From the NCBI GenBank assembly GCA_013416795.1, contig RQSC01000125.1, positions 8,799 to 72,798 on the forward strand: DNA of 64,000 bases, given 5' to 3'. The notes under the pieces were generated by a model, which saw only the letters and a list, made by a program, of their open reading frames with translations, had not been told where the DNA came from and did no database searches. Of the stretch, positions 30,686 through 40,745 are shown piece after piece. This DNA comes from Prasinococcaceae sp. CCMP 1430 (taxonomy: Eukaryota; Plantae; Prasinodermophyta). Positions within the stretch are counted from its first letter, which is position 1. Every line of letters begins with the position of its first letter. A program made the translations under genes and the position numbers.

Positions 30686-31319
30686 TCCTCTCGAGCTCCT
30701 AGTGGCAAAATTCTCGGATGAGGGGTGGAAAGGAGTGAAAGGCTTACCAAGCCTGGTGATAGCTGGTTCTCCGCGAAATCTATGTAGGTAGACTAGACCC
30801 AGACTCCTTTTCGGAGGTAGAGCACTTGTTGGATGACGGGAGCCCAAACCTTTACGAAGTCCAAGAAAACTCCGAAGGCCGACAAAGGGTGGGTATCTGT
30901 ACAGACTCTGGGCGCGAAGGTCCAGGGTCGAGAGGGGAAGAGCCCAGACCGTCCGTTAAGGTCCCAAAGTGTGCCCTGAGTGCGCAAGGAAGTCAGAAAA
31001 CAGAGACATTCAGGAGATGGGCTTGGAAGCAGCCGTTCTATGATGATCGCGTACCAGCGCACTGAATGAGTTTTTTGGCGCCGACCATACTCGGGACTGA
31101 AGGGCACCACCGAAACGACGGAGAACGATTCGTTCTGGTAGCGGAGCGTCCTGTGTTCCTTTGAAGGAAAAAGGATACTTTTTCTGGAGGACTCGGGAGT
31201 GAGCATGCTGACATGAGTAACGAGGCTCGGGGAGCCAATCCCCGTCGCCGTATGCGCACGGGTTCCACAGCACTGTTGACCATCTGTGGAAGACACGGAT
31301 CCTAAGAAGATGAGAGAAG
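30686..31319 (+). rRNA. Fragment of organellar/bacterial-type LSU rRNA (domain II including the GTPase-associated centre), probably mitochondrial (NUMT or assembly chimera)
   Basis: Colinear 23S landmarks: GTGAAAGGC..CCAAG..TGGTGATAGCTGGTTCTCCGCGAAATCTAT, GGTAGAGCACT, AAACTCCGAA, GTCGAGAGGGGAAGAGCCCAGACC..TAAGGTCCC, GGCTTGGAAGCAGCC, ATGCTGACATGAGTAACGA. Markedly lower GC than the flanks. Confidence 0.92.
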
Positions 31320-31320
31320 N

Positions 31321-31914
31321 CTGCCCGCGGAGGAGGCGCTGCGGGACTACGGCTTTTTGCCGACGGGGATGATGAACGCGGTGGCGGCGCACGCTGCCGG
31401 CGCGCGCGAGGACGTCGCCGTGGCTGCTGCGGAGCTCGCTGAGGACGCTGCGGAGCTCTGCTCCTTCCTCGAGCCCGGAGTGTCGCTCGTCGAGGCCCTC
31501 GCAGAGGCCCTGGCGCTGTGCGCGAGCGACCTCGCGCTTCTGGGCGGCTCGGGGGCCGAAGGTGAGGACGGGCGTCCCCTCGGAGAGCGTGCGGAGGCGG
31601 CAATCTGGTACAGGCTCACGCGTAGGCTCTTCTTCGCGGCCGCGCAGGTGGCGTACGCGGAAGGGGAGAAGGCCCCGGCCGTCGTGGACGCCGTGGGCGA
31701 GCTCGCACTGCGCTCGGGCGGCCTGGGCGCCGACGAGCAACGCGCCCAGGCGGTGCTGCGAGCGCACACTGCCGCCGCACGCCGCGCCGTCGAGTCGGGC
31801 ATGGGCGCGGTGGCGGCGGCGACAGCGGCAGCGGCGGCGGCCCGAGACGCCGCGAGCGGCGGGGTTGCGGGTGCAGCCCCAGCAGACACGCTCGTCCCGC
31901 GGCAGGCGCTCTAG
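31321..31914 (+). other. Second copy of SET-gene 3' region (31321-31833 duplicates 29857-30369) carrying the apparently native C-terminus and stop
   Basis: 513-bp direct repeat that appears identical by eye. This copy continues AAARDAASGGVAGAAPADTLVPRQAL*. Confidence 0.88.
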
Positions 31915-32029
31915 CCTTCGCGCTCTAGCCCCCGCGTGCTGCGCGTGCTCGCGCGCGCGCCGGCGCACCGGTAGGCGTGCGCTCGGGCGCGGCGGCCCGC
32001 GGCCTTGCGCGAACACAATAAATGAACGC

Positions 32030-32500
32030 AGAGCGGATTTGGTTGATTTTGATAGCCGCACCAGAAATGTACATTGAAGCGCATCCGCACCGCTGAAATT
32101 CTCCGAAGGCTCCTCGTGGTGGACTTTCCGTACCTGTTCAAATCTAATTTTTGACAGGTTCGTCTGGGCAGCGCAGCGCGATGAGCACATGGGCATGCTT
32201 GAAAGCCCGGATAACGCCTGGGTGGATGTGGGTGCCGCAGCCGTCCACGAAGCATATTGCGGGCGACGCATCGGCCAGCAACCCTCCAGCCTTCTCCAGC
32301 GTCGGCACAATCACCTTGTGCAACAGCGACACAAGCGTGTGGACATCGAAGCTCCCTTTCTCGTTGCTGCTTAGTGTAGTGGCCGTATCTCCGGATGTCC
32401 ATGAAGCGATCGGCCAGGTCATCGCTTTCGAAAAGGAGGCGGAGCAAGCCGCGTTGGTGGCTGCTCCGGACGTCAAGCTCTCGAGCATCCTCGAGCGGAG
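32030..32500 (-). mobile_element. Degenerate pogo/Tc1-mariner (DDE_1-type) transposase remnant
   Basis: SNEKGSFDVHTLVSLLHKVIVPTL...PAICFVDGCGTHIHPGVIRAFKHAHVLIALRCP matches N.KGWM...F..W....P...P.LL.LDGH.SH...I.....LP. After a frameshift, TCQKLDLNRYGK resembles T..LQPLD...FG. Lower GC than host genes. Confidence 0.7.
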
Positions 32501-33608
32501 TGCGCGCACTGTTCCGATGTTGGCGCGAGGCTACGCGTCACTCGGGGCGGCGCTGAGTGCGAACGGGAAGCGTGCGCGCCCTCGTGGTGGTGCGCAGGCC
32601 GAGCCGAGGGCTGCGCCGCCGGCTCGTATGGCGCGCCTGCTGGGTGGGAACCCGGCGTCACAGGTGCCGTGCAGGAACTGGCAGACCTGCAATCGCCCGT
32701 GTCACTTCAGGCCGCGGCTAGAGACGGGCCTGAGCTTGCAAGGGAAGCGCGAGGCGCACCGCTTACCCCGGTGTAGTTTCCACGCGGACCTGGGTAGGTC
32801 ACTTGGTACGCACGGCGGCACGCAGGCGAGCGCGCCGCCGAGAATTTACGTAGACCCTAACCCTAAAATCGTAAACTCGCATCGACCCCAATGCACGGCA
32901 GCCCAACGGCGGCGGCGGCGGCTGCGCGCGCCGGCGCAGCCCCTTCCCCCCCCCCCCCATCCCCCCACGCGCGCGCCGACCGCGCAACCCACCACTCGCT
33001 GCACGCGCGGCGCGTCCTCGCCTCGCGCAGCGGGNNNNNNNNNNNNNNNNNNNNNNNNNNNNNNNNNNNNNNNNNNNNNNNNNNNNNNNNNNNNNNNNNN
33101 NNNNNNNNNNNNNNNNNNNNNNNNNNNNNNNNNNNNNNNNNNNNNNNNNNNNNNNNNNNNNNNNNNNNNNNNNNNNNNNNNNNNNNNNNNNNNNNNNNNN
33201 NNNNNNNNNNNNNNNNNNNNNNNNNNNNNNNNNNNNNNNNNNNNNNNNNNNNNNNNNNNNNNNNNNNNNNNNNNNNNNNNNNNNNNNNNNNNNNNNNNNN
33301 NNNNNNNNNNNNNNNNNNNATGCGCGCGCGCCCACACACAGCAGCGCGGCGGTGAGCGCAGCCAGACGCCGCCGCGCCCGCGGTCGCATTGCGCTGCGGC
33401 GCGCCGTGCGCCGTGCGCCACCACTGGTGCGCCCTGGCGCCGCGCCTACGCCCACCGACGAGGCAACGCCTGCTGGAACGTCCGCCAGGTGGCCGCGCCG
33501 GCAGCAGGAGCTTCGAAAGAGCTCAGATTCGAAGCGCCACACCGCGAACAGCACGCTCAGCGCCCCGCACAGCGCTGGCGCTGGCGCGGGCTCAGCGCAG
33601 CGTAGGCA

Positions 33609-34611
33609 ATGGGCTCGGCTCAGTCGACGGCGCGCGAGCGTTCGACGGTGGGAGCGGCGGCGCTCGCCGCGCTCGCGCCCGACGAGCGCGACGCAGTGCT
33701 CGCAGCCGAGGGGCGCGCGCACGCGGCAGCAGTCGGCGGCGGCGGCGCCGGCGACGATGAGGCTGGGGCGGGCGAGCTGCGCGTTCTGCTCGAGCGCGCC
33801 GCCGAAGTCGACCCCGACGCGCTTGTGCTCGCGGTGGCAGCCGCGCTCGCGACTCCCGCGGAGCGCTTCGAGTGGGCGTGGTCACTCACAACGTCGAAGC
33901 ACACTGGAGGTAGCAGCGGCGGCGCGGGGGCGCTCTCGGTGCTACTGCGCGCGGCGGCGCAGCATGCAGTCGGGTACGACGACGATAGCAGGAAAAGCGC
34001 TACTGCCTTTGCAGAGGCCGTCTTGACGCCGTTGGGCACTGCCACCGCGCGCCGGCGCGCCGGCGCGCTTGCCCGGCGAGGCCCTCGCACCCCGTCGCTG
34101 GTGGCCAGGTTTAGGTTTTACGGTAGACTAGTTGGAATTGAAAAAATCCAGTTTTCGAGGTTTTTGAGGCCAGAAATTCCAGTCCCAAAAACCTCGAAAA
34201 CTGGAATTTTTTCTACAGTAGACTAGTTGGAATTTTGGTATTAGGGTAGATTTTAGGGTTCGTAATCATTCTGCCGATCGATGCGATCGCGCTGCGAATG
34301 GCGGGAAAACGCGGCGCTGCGGAGGTGGGGTGGGGTGGGGGTGCAGGGGTGCAGGGGGGAAGCTGAAGAAGGAGAAGAGGAGTAAGCGCGGTCGCGACCT
34401 GGACTTCGCGCGTTGGGAGGATCGCGCAATGCTGCAGCACGCTGAGTGGTACTGCGTGGTGGACGGCCACAACGCTGCCGATGCCGCGGGGCCACTTGCC
34501 GAGGGCGCTTCGCCAGCGATGGCGATCATGTGCATCCCCGTAGCCGCTGAGGCGAAGCTCCTCCAGAGCCTGAGCGAGCTCATGGCCGACCTCGAGAGTG
34601 GGTGCCAATGA
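33609..34611 (+). CDS. Hypothetical protein with N-myristoylation motif (MGSAQS); putative intron 34109-34346
   Basis: Ala-rich coding-like ORF from 33609. A phase-2 donor AG|GT at 34109 and acceptor CAG at 34344-34346 join it in frame to GAGGKLKKEK...LESGCQ*. Confidence 0.45.
34123..34234. repeat. 27/28-bp inverted repeat (19-bp loop) flanked by a 17-bp direct repeat
   Basis: GTAGACTAGTTGGAATT at 34123 and 34218. Arms GAAAAAATCCAGTTTTCGAGGTTTTTG (34140-34166) and CAAAAACCTCGAAAACTGGAATTTTTTC (34186-34213). Confidence 0.9.
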
Positions 34612-34731
34612 CAGCAGTGGGATTAAGATTGCATTACACCCAAGCCTACACGCGCGACAGGCTCACGCGCGCTCAGATGAGAGAGCAGCCTCGAGGTCAT
34701 CGCGTGCCCCGCCGTCGTCGTCCTCGCCGCT

Positions 34732-36145
34732 ATGAGCGGTCTCATTAGCAGTATCATCACTGGCTGCAGAAACTTCCGCGCCCGTGCTCTCGCCGTTGGC
34801 TTCGCCCACGTCTATGACGGTGTCGGTCGCGGGAGCCTGCNCCGACGCGCTTGCAGCGGCCGCGGCTGGCGCTGGCGCAGCCGACGGCGCCGGCGCTGGC
34901 GCGCCGGCCGCGGCGCCAGCATTTTCCCTGCGCAAGTTGCTGTACCTCTCGTCGCTGGGTGGCGGCGAGCGCGGCGACGGCGCCTCCCTGCGCGTGGCCG
35001 CGTGCGCGCTGGGCCTCGAGGGCGCCGACGTCTTCGCCACGCTCAATCCGATGGGCGCCGTCGGCCTCAGCGCGTTCTCGACTGCTGGCAACCCGCTACT
35101 CAGCAAAGTTGGCGGCGCGGGCGTCGGCGCAAGCGCCGAGTGCCTCGGGCAGAGCCTCACGGCGTCGGCGGTGGCGTGCACGGGTGCCGACGCGTCCTCC
35201 GGCGGCCTCGCCGCTGCGCAGCTCATGCTCAGGCCGGGCAGCCGCACCGCGATCGCGCTCACCGCCACCGCGGAGCGCAAGGGCGCCGGTGCGGGGGTTG
35301 AGGGTGCTAGCGCTGGCGCGGTGGCGGCCGCGGGTGCCGCCGCGCGCGCCGCGCGTGGCCCCGGCAACGCCGCCAGCGCCGGAGGCGAGAGCGCGCCGGG
35401 TCCTAAGGATCCCCTGAGCGTCCTTGTGAGCCCGGCGGGCCCCGGCGACGGCGACGATGGTGGCGTGCGAGTGGCGATGGCCGTGGAAGAAGGCGACGAG
35501 ACAGTGGCGACGCAGGCGGCCAGCACGTCCTCGAGCACTTCATCGGGCGCGTCCACGCCTGCAGCCCCCACCTCCCCTGCTGACGTCGACACGGCGGCGG
35601 CCATGGCGACTTCCAATGTCGCTGCAGCGGCCGCGCTCGCTGCCGCGGCGACAGAGCCCGCGCCCGCGCCCGCCGTTCCCGCCACAGAGGCGTTGGACGC
35701 CGCAGCTTGTGCTGCAGGCGCTGCCTCGGTGTCGTTGGCGGCGTCGTTTGGCGTAGCCCTCGGTGGGCTGTGCACGCTCGCCGGGTGGGCCGCGGCGGAG
35801 GACTGTGGCAGCGTTGGGTTGATGGAGGGCGGAGGGGGTAGCGGGTTCGGGGGCTCGCTTCGGCCGCAGCAGTGCGCACTGATGGTCATGCCCCCGCCCG
35901 GCGCTGGCGGCGGCTGGGGACTGCTCGCCGGCCACGTGTGCCGCGGCGGGGGCGCCGGTGCGCTGGGCGCCGGTGCGGTGGGCGCCTGCGACGAGGGCTT
36001 CGTCGCAGAGGCGTTCGTACGACTGTCATCGGCGGACAGGCGCGTGAGCGTTGTACCAGGCGTGGTGCACGTCCGCCCCGGCGGCCTCGCGAGCGGCCTC
36101 GACGGCACCACCTCGCTGGTGCTCAAGAGCCGCCTCACCTTCTGA
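34732..36145 (+). CDS. Uncharacterised protein with beta-barrel-like C-terminus; frame broken by N34841
   Basis: ATG 34732 segment plus the long ORF to 36145. C-terminal AEAFVRLSSADRRVSVVPGVVHV...TTSLVLKSRLTF* has alternating hydrophobic strands and a terminal Phe. Confidence 0.6.
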
Positions 36146-36869
36146 GCGCGTGCGCGGTGAGGCCAGCGGCTCCGCCCGCGCGCATGCCGTGCCACGTGCG
36201 CCGTGCCACATCAGCATGGTATGCTCCCTGTGCCACACGCGCCACACCACGCATGTGCATAGTGTACGTATGCATGCATGCGCCAAAGCCATGGTATCAC
36301 CATTTTTAAATTTCGAGATTTTGGTCAATTTTCACGAGAGTATTTTTTGCAGCCCAGCCGTCGCAGCGCGAGGCGCGAGGCGTGTGCCTCGGGGCTGCGT
36401 GCCACACCCCGGGCGTGCTGCGCCGCGCTGCGTCCCCGGCGGGGCGACGAGAAGGTGCGTGCTTGAGGCGGCGCGTGTGTGTGGGTAAGTGGTCGGGGGT
36501 AGGAGGGTGCCACCTTTTCGATCGCGTCCGTGCCGCGCGCGCGACGGGCGCCTCGCGCCGCCGAGCCCGCGGGAAAACTATCGTCGCCGCTGGCTCGCCC
36601 ACCAGCGGCGCCGCTGATACCCCGCGCAGACGAACAGAGGGCGTTCCAGGCTGCTGTTCTCGCCCTTTGCCGAGGCGGCGGCGTCTTAACCGCCCGCAAC
36701 ACTCGCGTGCGCGCTACACGCGCCCGCCCCGCCCCTCACGTGGCCCCGTGCGCCCGCCCGACCGAAACCTAAATGTGTGTCGCTCACCGCCGGCGGCGAG
36801 CTGACGCCGTCCTGCTTGATCGCCCGATCGCGCGCAGGGCGCTCTCCTGCCCGCCGACCGCACGCAGCC

Positions 36870-37886
36870 ATGTCGTCGAGTGGCTGGTGCACCGTCGAGA
36901 GCGACCCGGGCGTCTTCACCGAGCTCGTATCGGAGATGGGCGCGCGTGGGGTGAGCGTCGAGGAGCTGTGGTCGCTCGACGAGGACAGCCTGCGTGCGCT
37001 CGGAAAGGTGCACGGCCTCATCTTCCTCTTCAAGTGGCGTGCTGAGCAGGACTCACGCCCCGTCGTTGCGGACGGCGCCGCCCCGAACGTCTTCTTCGCC
37101 AAACAGGTCATCACCAACGCGTGCGCTACGCAAGCATTGCTGTCCATCCTGCTCAACGCCGAGGGCGTCGAACTGGGCGACACGCTGTCCGACTTCAAGG
37201 CCTTCGTGGCGGACTTCCCTGCTGACCTCAAGGGCCTGGCGATCTCCAACCAGGAGGCCATTCGCGCGGCGCACAACTCGTTCGCGCGGCCCGAGCCATT
37301 CGTCAGCGACGAGCGCGTCGCCCAGCCCGACGACGACGTGTTCCACTTCATCAGCTACGTGCGGGTCGGGAGCACTCTCTATGAGCTGGATGGTCTGAAG
37401 GAGGGGCCCATCGTGTGCGCGGAGGGCGTGGGCGGTGCCGACTGGCTCGGATCGGCCGCCGCCGCAGTGCAGGCGCGCATTGAGAGGTACGCCGCCTCCG
37501 AGATCAAGTTCAATCTCATGGCGATGTGCGAGAGCAAGCAGACGGCGCTGACGAGGCAGAGGGAGGCGGCGGAGGCGCGGCTGGTGGCGCTCGCCGATGG
37601 CGCTGCGCCCATGGACACCGGCGATGGCTCGTCGCTTCCTGAAGGGGAGGAGGCACTCGCGGCCGAGCGCGCGCGCCTGATGGCTGAGATCGCAGACGTG
37701 GACGCGCAGCTCGCTGCCGATGGCGACAAGCGCGCGCGCTGGAAGGAGGAGAACGCGCGCCGAAAGCACAACTACGTGCCATTCGTGTACAACTTCCTCC
37801 GGCTGCTTGCGGAGCACAAGCAGCTGAAGCCGCTGGTGGACGCCGCGAGGCAGCGGCAGGAGCAGCGGCGGCAGCAGCAGCAATAG
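36870..37886 (+). CDS. UCH37: Ubiquitin C-terminal hydrolase UCH37/UCHL5 (peptidase C12)
   Basis: WCTVESDPGVFTEL, GLIFLFKW, FFAKQVITNACATQA, AHNSFARPEPF, DVFHFISY, LYELDGLKEGP, EIKFNLMA, ENARRKHNYVPF. Confidence 0.96.
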   Translation: MSSSGWCTVESDPGVFTELVSEMGARGVSVEELWSLDEDSLRALGKVHGLIFLFKWRAEQDSRPVVADGAAPNVFFAKQVITNACATQALLSILLNAEGVELGDTLSDFKAFVADFPADLKGLAISNQEAIRAAHNSFARPEPFVSDERVAQPDDDVFHFISYVRVGSTLYELDGLKEGPIVCAEGVGGADWLGSAAAAVQARIERYAASEIKFNLMAMCESKQTALTRQREAAEARLVALADGAAPMDTGDGSSLPEGEEALAAERARLMAEIADVDAQLAADGDKRARWKEENARRKHNYVPFVYNFLRLLAEHKQLKPLVDAARQRQEQRRQQQQ

Positions 37887-38150
37887 CTGCGGCGCACCGC
37901 CGCAGCAACACCCCGCGAGTGCGGCGCGCATAGCAATAGCCTGTAACATCATGTACCATTGCGAGGGGATGCTTCCGCCCCCCGCCGCGCCGCCCCGCCG
38001 CCGGCGCGCGGCTCGTCCGGCAACCCATCCCCTCCGCCACCGCGCGGCGCGGGCGGACGTGGCGCGGCGCTCGTCGCGTGCACGCGAGGCGCATGCCGGC
38101 GTGTGCTCAATGCTGCGCGCATTGGGGGCGAGCGTGAGAGTTCCGTTTTA

Positions 38151-38858
38151 TCACAGGAACAGACGATTCGGGTCGGCCTGGAGCGCGGCCTTAATCGCTG
38201 CCTGAGCGGCGCGTTCGCGCTGGCGCAGCTCCGCGCGCCGCGCCCGCTTCGCCGCCCTTGGGGACCCAATGGCCTCGTCCTCCCTCGACCTCGGTCCTCG
38301 CAACAACCGCTGCGCCTCGCGCTCTTCCTCCTCCGCCGCCCGCTCCTCCTCCTCTGCTTTTGCCTTCGCTGCCTCCTCGCGCCGGCGCGCGTCCACGCGC
38401 CGGCCCGCCTCATCCTCTGCCAGCTCGCGCTCGGCCTCGCGCGCCCCCACCTCCGCTTTCAAGGCTAGGCAAACCCCCATTAGGGCGAGAAAGTTCGCGT
38501 CGTCCCCGAGCCCGCCACCCCGCAGACATTCGAGCATCGCCGTCGCCCCCTTCCAGCAGGTGGTCGCGACTTCTCTTTGTTCGCAAACAGCTTCTCGGCG
38601 GCGGTATCGCGCGAGGGCGCCGCTGTTCTCGGCGTCGTGCGGATCCCACGTGGCGACCTGGGACTTCTCCATGTCGCGCTCAGTCGCGAGGTCGAGGCCG
38701 GCGGGGAGTCGCCCGGGGAGGAGCAGGGCCGGGGCGCGCCGCGCGCGCGCGGTGTGCGCGCCCGCGCTCGCGCGGCGCTCGCCACTTGTTCGAAAACCGG
38801 TTCGAAGAAGTTTTCCCCAATTTATTTCGATGGAGACACCTTCCGTGATTCGCATCAA
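38151..38858 (-). CDS. Hypothetical protein with coiled-coil C-terminal half; start uncertain
   Basis: Coding-like E/R/A-rich ORF (MEKSQVATWDPHD...AERELAEDEAG...DPNRLFL*). Confidence 0.4.
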   Translation of the reverse strand: MMRITEGVSIEINWGKLLRTGFRTSGERRASAGAHTARARRAPALLLPGRLPAGLDLATERDMEKSQVATWDPHDAENSGALARYRRREAVCEQREVATTCWKGATAMLECLRGGGLGDDANFLALMGVCLALKAEVGAREAERELAEDEAGRRVDARRREEAAKAKAEEEERAAEEEEREAQRLLRGPRSREDEAIGSPRAAKRARRAELRQRERAAQAAIKAALQADPNRLFL

Positions 38859-39362
38859 CGCGCGTGGAAAAGGCGGCCACTGGCGGACGACGCTCTTCCG
38901 TAGCTTTTGGAGGACCCGCTTTCACTCCCATACCTGGTATCGGAGGTCCCTCGGCGGGATGCGCATTTTTTCTTTTTTCTTTTTTCTTTTTTCTTTTTTC
39001 TTTTTTCGGAAAAAGAGAGGTGCATGAGCTGCGACCCGCAGCCGCCGCGTCCGAGGGTTTGGCGGAATTGATTTCGCGTCAGCTCGCCGCGGTTTTGGCG
39101 TGGTAGCGGGAATGTGGAGCGCGCGGCCGGGAATTCCGCGGAAAGCGCGCGCACGTGATGACGATAGCCACAGCCGCGCGCGGGGGCTGCGGCCCCGGCG
39201 TCGTCAACCTCCCTCTCCACTCCTCCCACTCCCTGCGCGCTCTCGCGCGGCGCTGCGGCCCCGCGCGGCCGCTCTCGTGGTCCTCCTCCCCTCTCCCTCC
39301 TCCTCTGCGGGCGGCGGCGATGGCGGCGGCGGCGGCGGCGCGCGCGCAGGCCGGCGGCGGCC

Positions 39363-40451
39363 GTGGCGACCGACGAGGTGGGGGCGCGCGTGGGCGGCGC
39401 GGCGGCCTCGAACGGCCACATCGCCTGGTCCACCGACGCGGAGTGCAACGGCGCGGCCGCCAGCGACGCTGAGCGCCTGCTGCCCGGCCAGCGCCTCAAG
39501 CTGAGCGTGCCCGCGACGAGCGCCAACATGGGCCCCGGCTTCGACTCGTTCGGCTTCGCGCTCGACCTGTCCAACGAGCTCATCATCGAGCGCAAGGGCT
39601 TCGGCGTGGACATCATCGGCCAGGGCGCCGACAGCCTCCCGCGCGACCGCTCCAACGCCATCGTCGAGGCGGTCGCGCAGGGCTACGCGTTCGCGACCGG
39701 CGGCGAGGACCTGCCCGCCGACCTGCACTTCACGTGCGTCAACAACATCCCCACCGCGCGCGGGCTCGGCTCGAGCAGCGCGGCGCTCGTGTCGGGGCTC
39801 GCGGCGGGGCTCCAGCTCGCGGGCAGGGACGTGTCGAAGCCGAACGTGCGCCGCGACCTGCTCCAGCTGGCGGCCGATGCGGAGGGCCACCCAGACAACG
39901 TCGCGCCGGCCATCTACGGCGGCTTCCAGATCGCCATCAACACCGGGGGGGAGAACCCGCAGTGGGTGACGCAGGGCGTCAAGATGCCGGAGAGCCTGCA
40001 GGCCGTGCTCTTCATCCCGGAGTTCGAGAGCCTCACCTCGGAGACGCGCGCCGCGCTGCCCAAGGAGATTCCGGTGGCCGACGCCGTGTTCAACATCAGC
40101 CGCGCGGCGATGCTCGTCAACTCGTTCGCCACGGGCAACTTCGAGACGCTCCGCTACGCTTGCGAGGACGTGCTGCACCAGCCCGTGCGCGGCGCTGACT
40201 TCCCGCTCTACCCGATGATGGAGGCCGCGCTCAAGAGCGGCGCGCATGGCTGCTTCTTGTCGGGCGCGGGTCCCACGGTGCTCGCGCTGACCGGGGGGCA
40301 TGGCTCGGACGTCAACGCGGACACCATGGTCACGTACATGGCCGTAGAGACGGCCGAGGCCATGCGCAAGGAGGCTCTCAAGGACGACCTGAAGGGCAGG
40401 GTGGTCATCGCGACGCCCGACCTCACGGGCGTGGTGTGCAAGAAGATCTGA
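39363..40451 (+). CDS. thrB: Homoserine kinase (GHMP family); start codon likely on an upstream exon
   Basis: VPATSANMGPGFD, IPTARGLGSSSAA, EGHPDNVAPAIYGG, DAVFNISRA, EDVLHQPVR, FLSGAGPT. Confidence 0.95.
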   Translation: MATDEVGARVGGAAASNGHIAWSTDAECNGAAASDAERLLPGQRLKLSVPATSANMGPGFDSFGFALDLSNELIIERKGFGVDIIGQGADSLPRDRSNAIVEAVAQGYAFATGGEDLPADLHFTCVNNIPTARGLGSSSAALVSGLAAGLQLAGRDVSKPNVRRDLLQLAADAEGHPDNVAPAIYGGFQIAINTGGENPQWVTQGVKMPESLQAVLFIPEFESLTSETRAALPKEIPVADAVFNISRAAMLVNSFATGNFETLRYACEDVLHQPVRGADFPLYPMMEAALKSGAHGCFLSGAGPTVLALTGGHGSDVNADTMVTYMAVETAEAMRKEALKDDLKGRVVIATPDLTGVVCKKI

Positions 40452-40745
40452 GCGCCTCAACCGTGGCCCGCCGAGCTGGAGCGCACGCCCGCCAGCCTGC
40501 GCGCAAGGGCTCTTTTCCAGCACACGCTCCTTCGCGCGCGGTAAGCACTCCAGCACTCGCACACCCTCCGCGCTGGCTCGCGTGCCCTCTGCGCGCGTCC
40601 GCGCCTTTTGACGGTGGGGTATGCTCGCGCACGTTGCTCTCATCTCGCCAAAAATTACGCGTGCCACCGTGGCGGACGGACACACTGGCAGTGCGCGCAC
40701 ACGCGGCGCGCACGCCTGCCCGCAAACAGTGCCCTCGACCGCCCA

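Noticed and set aside
30686-31319. Functional rRNA gene or prokaryotic origin of the whole window
   Set aside because: Only ~630 bp with both ends missing, and the surrounding genes have spliceosomal introns.
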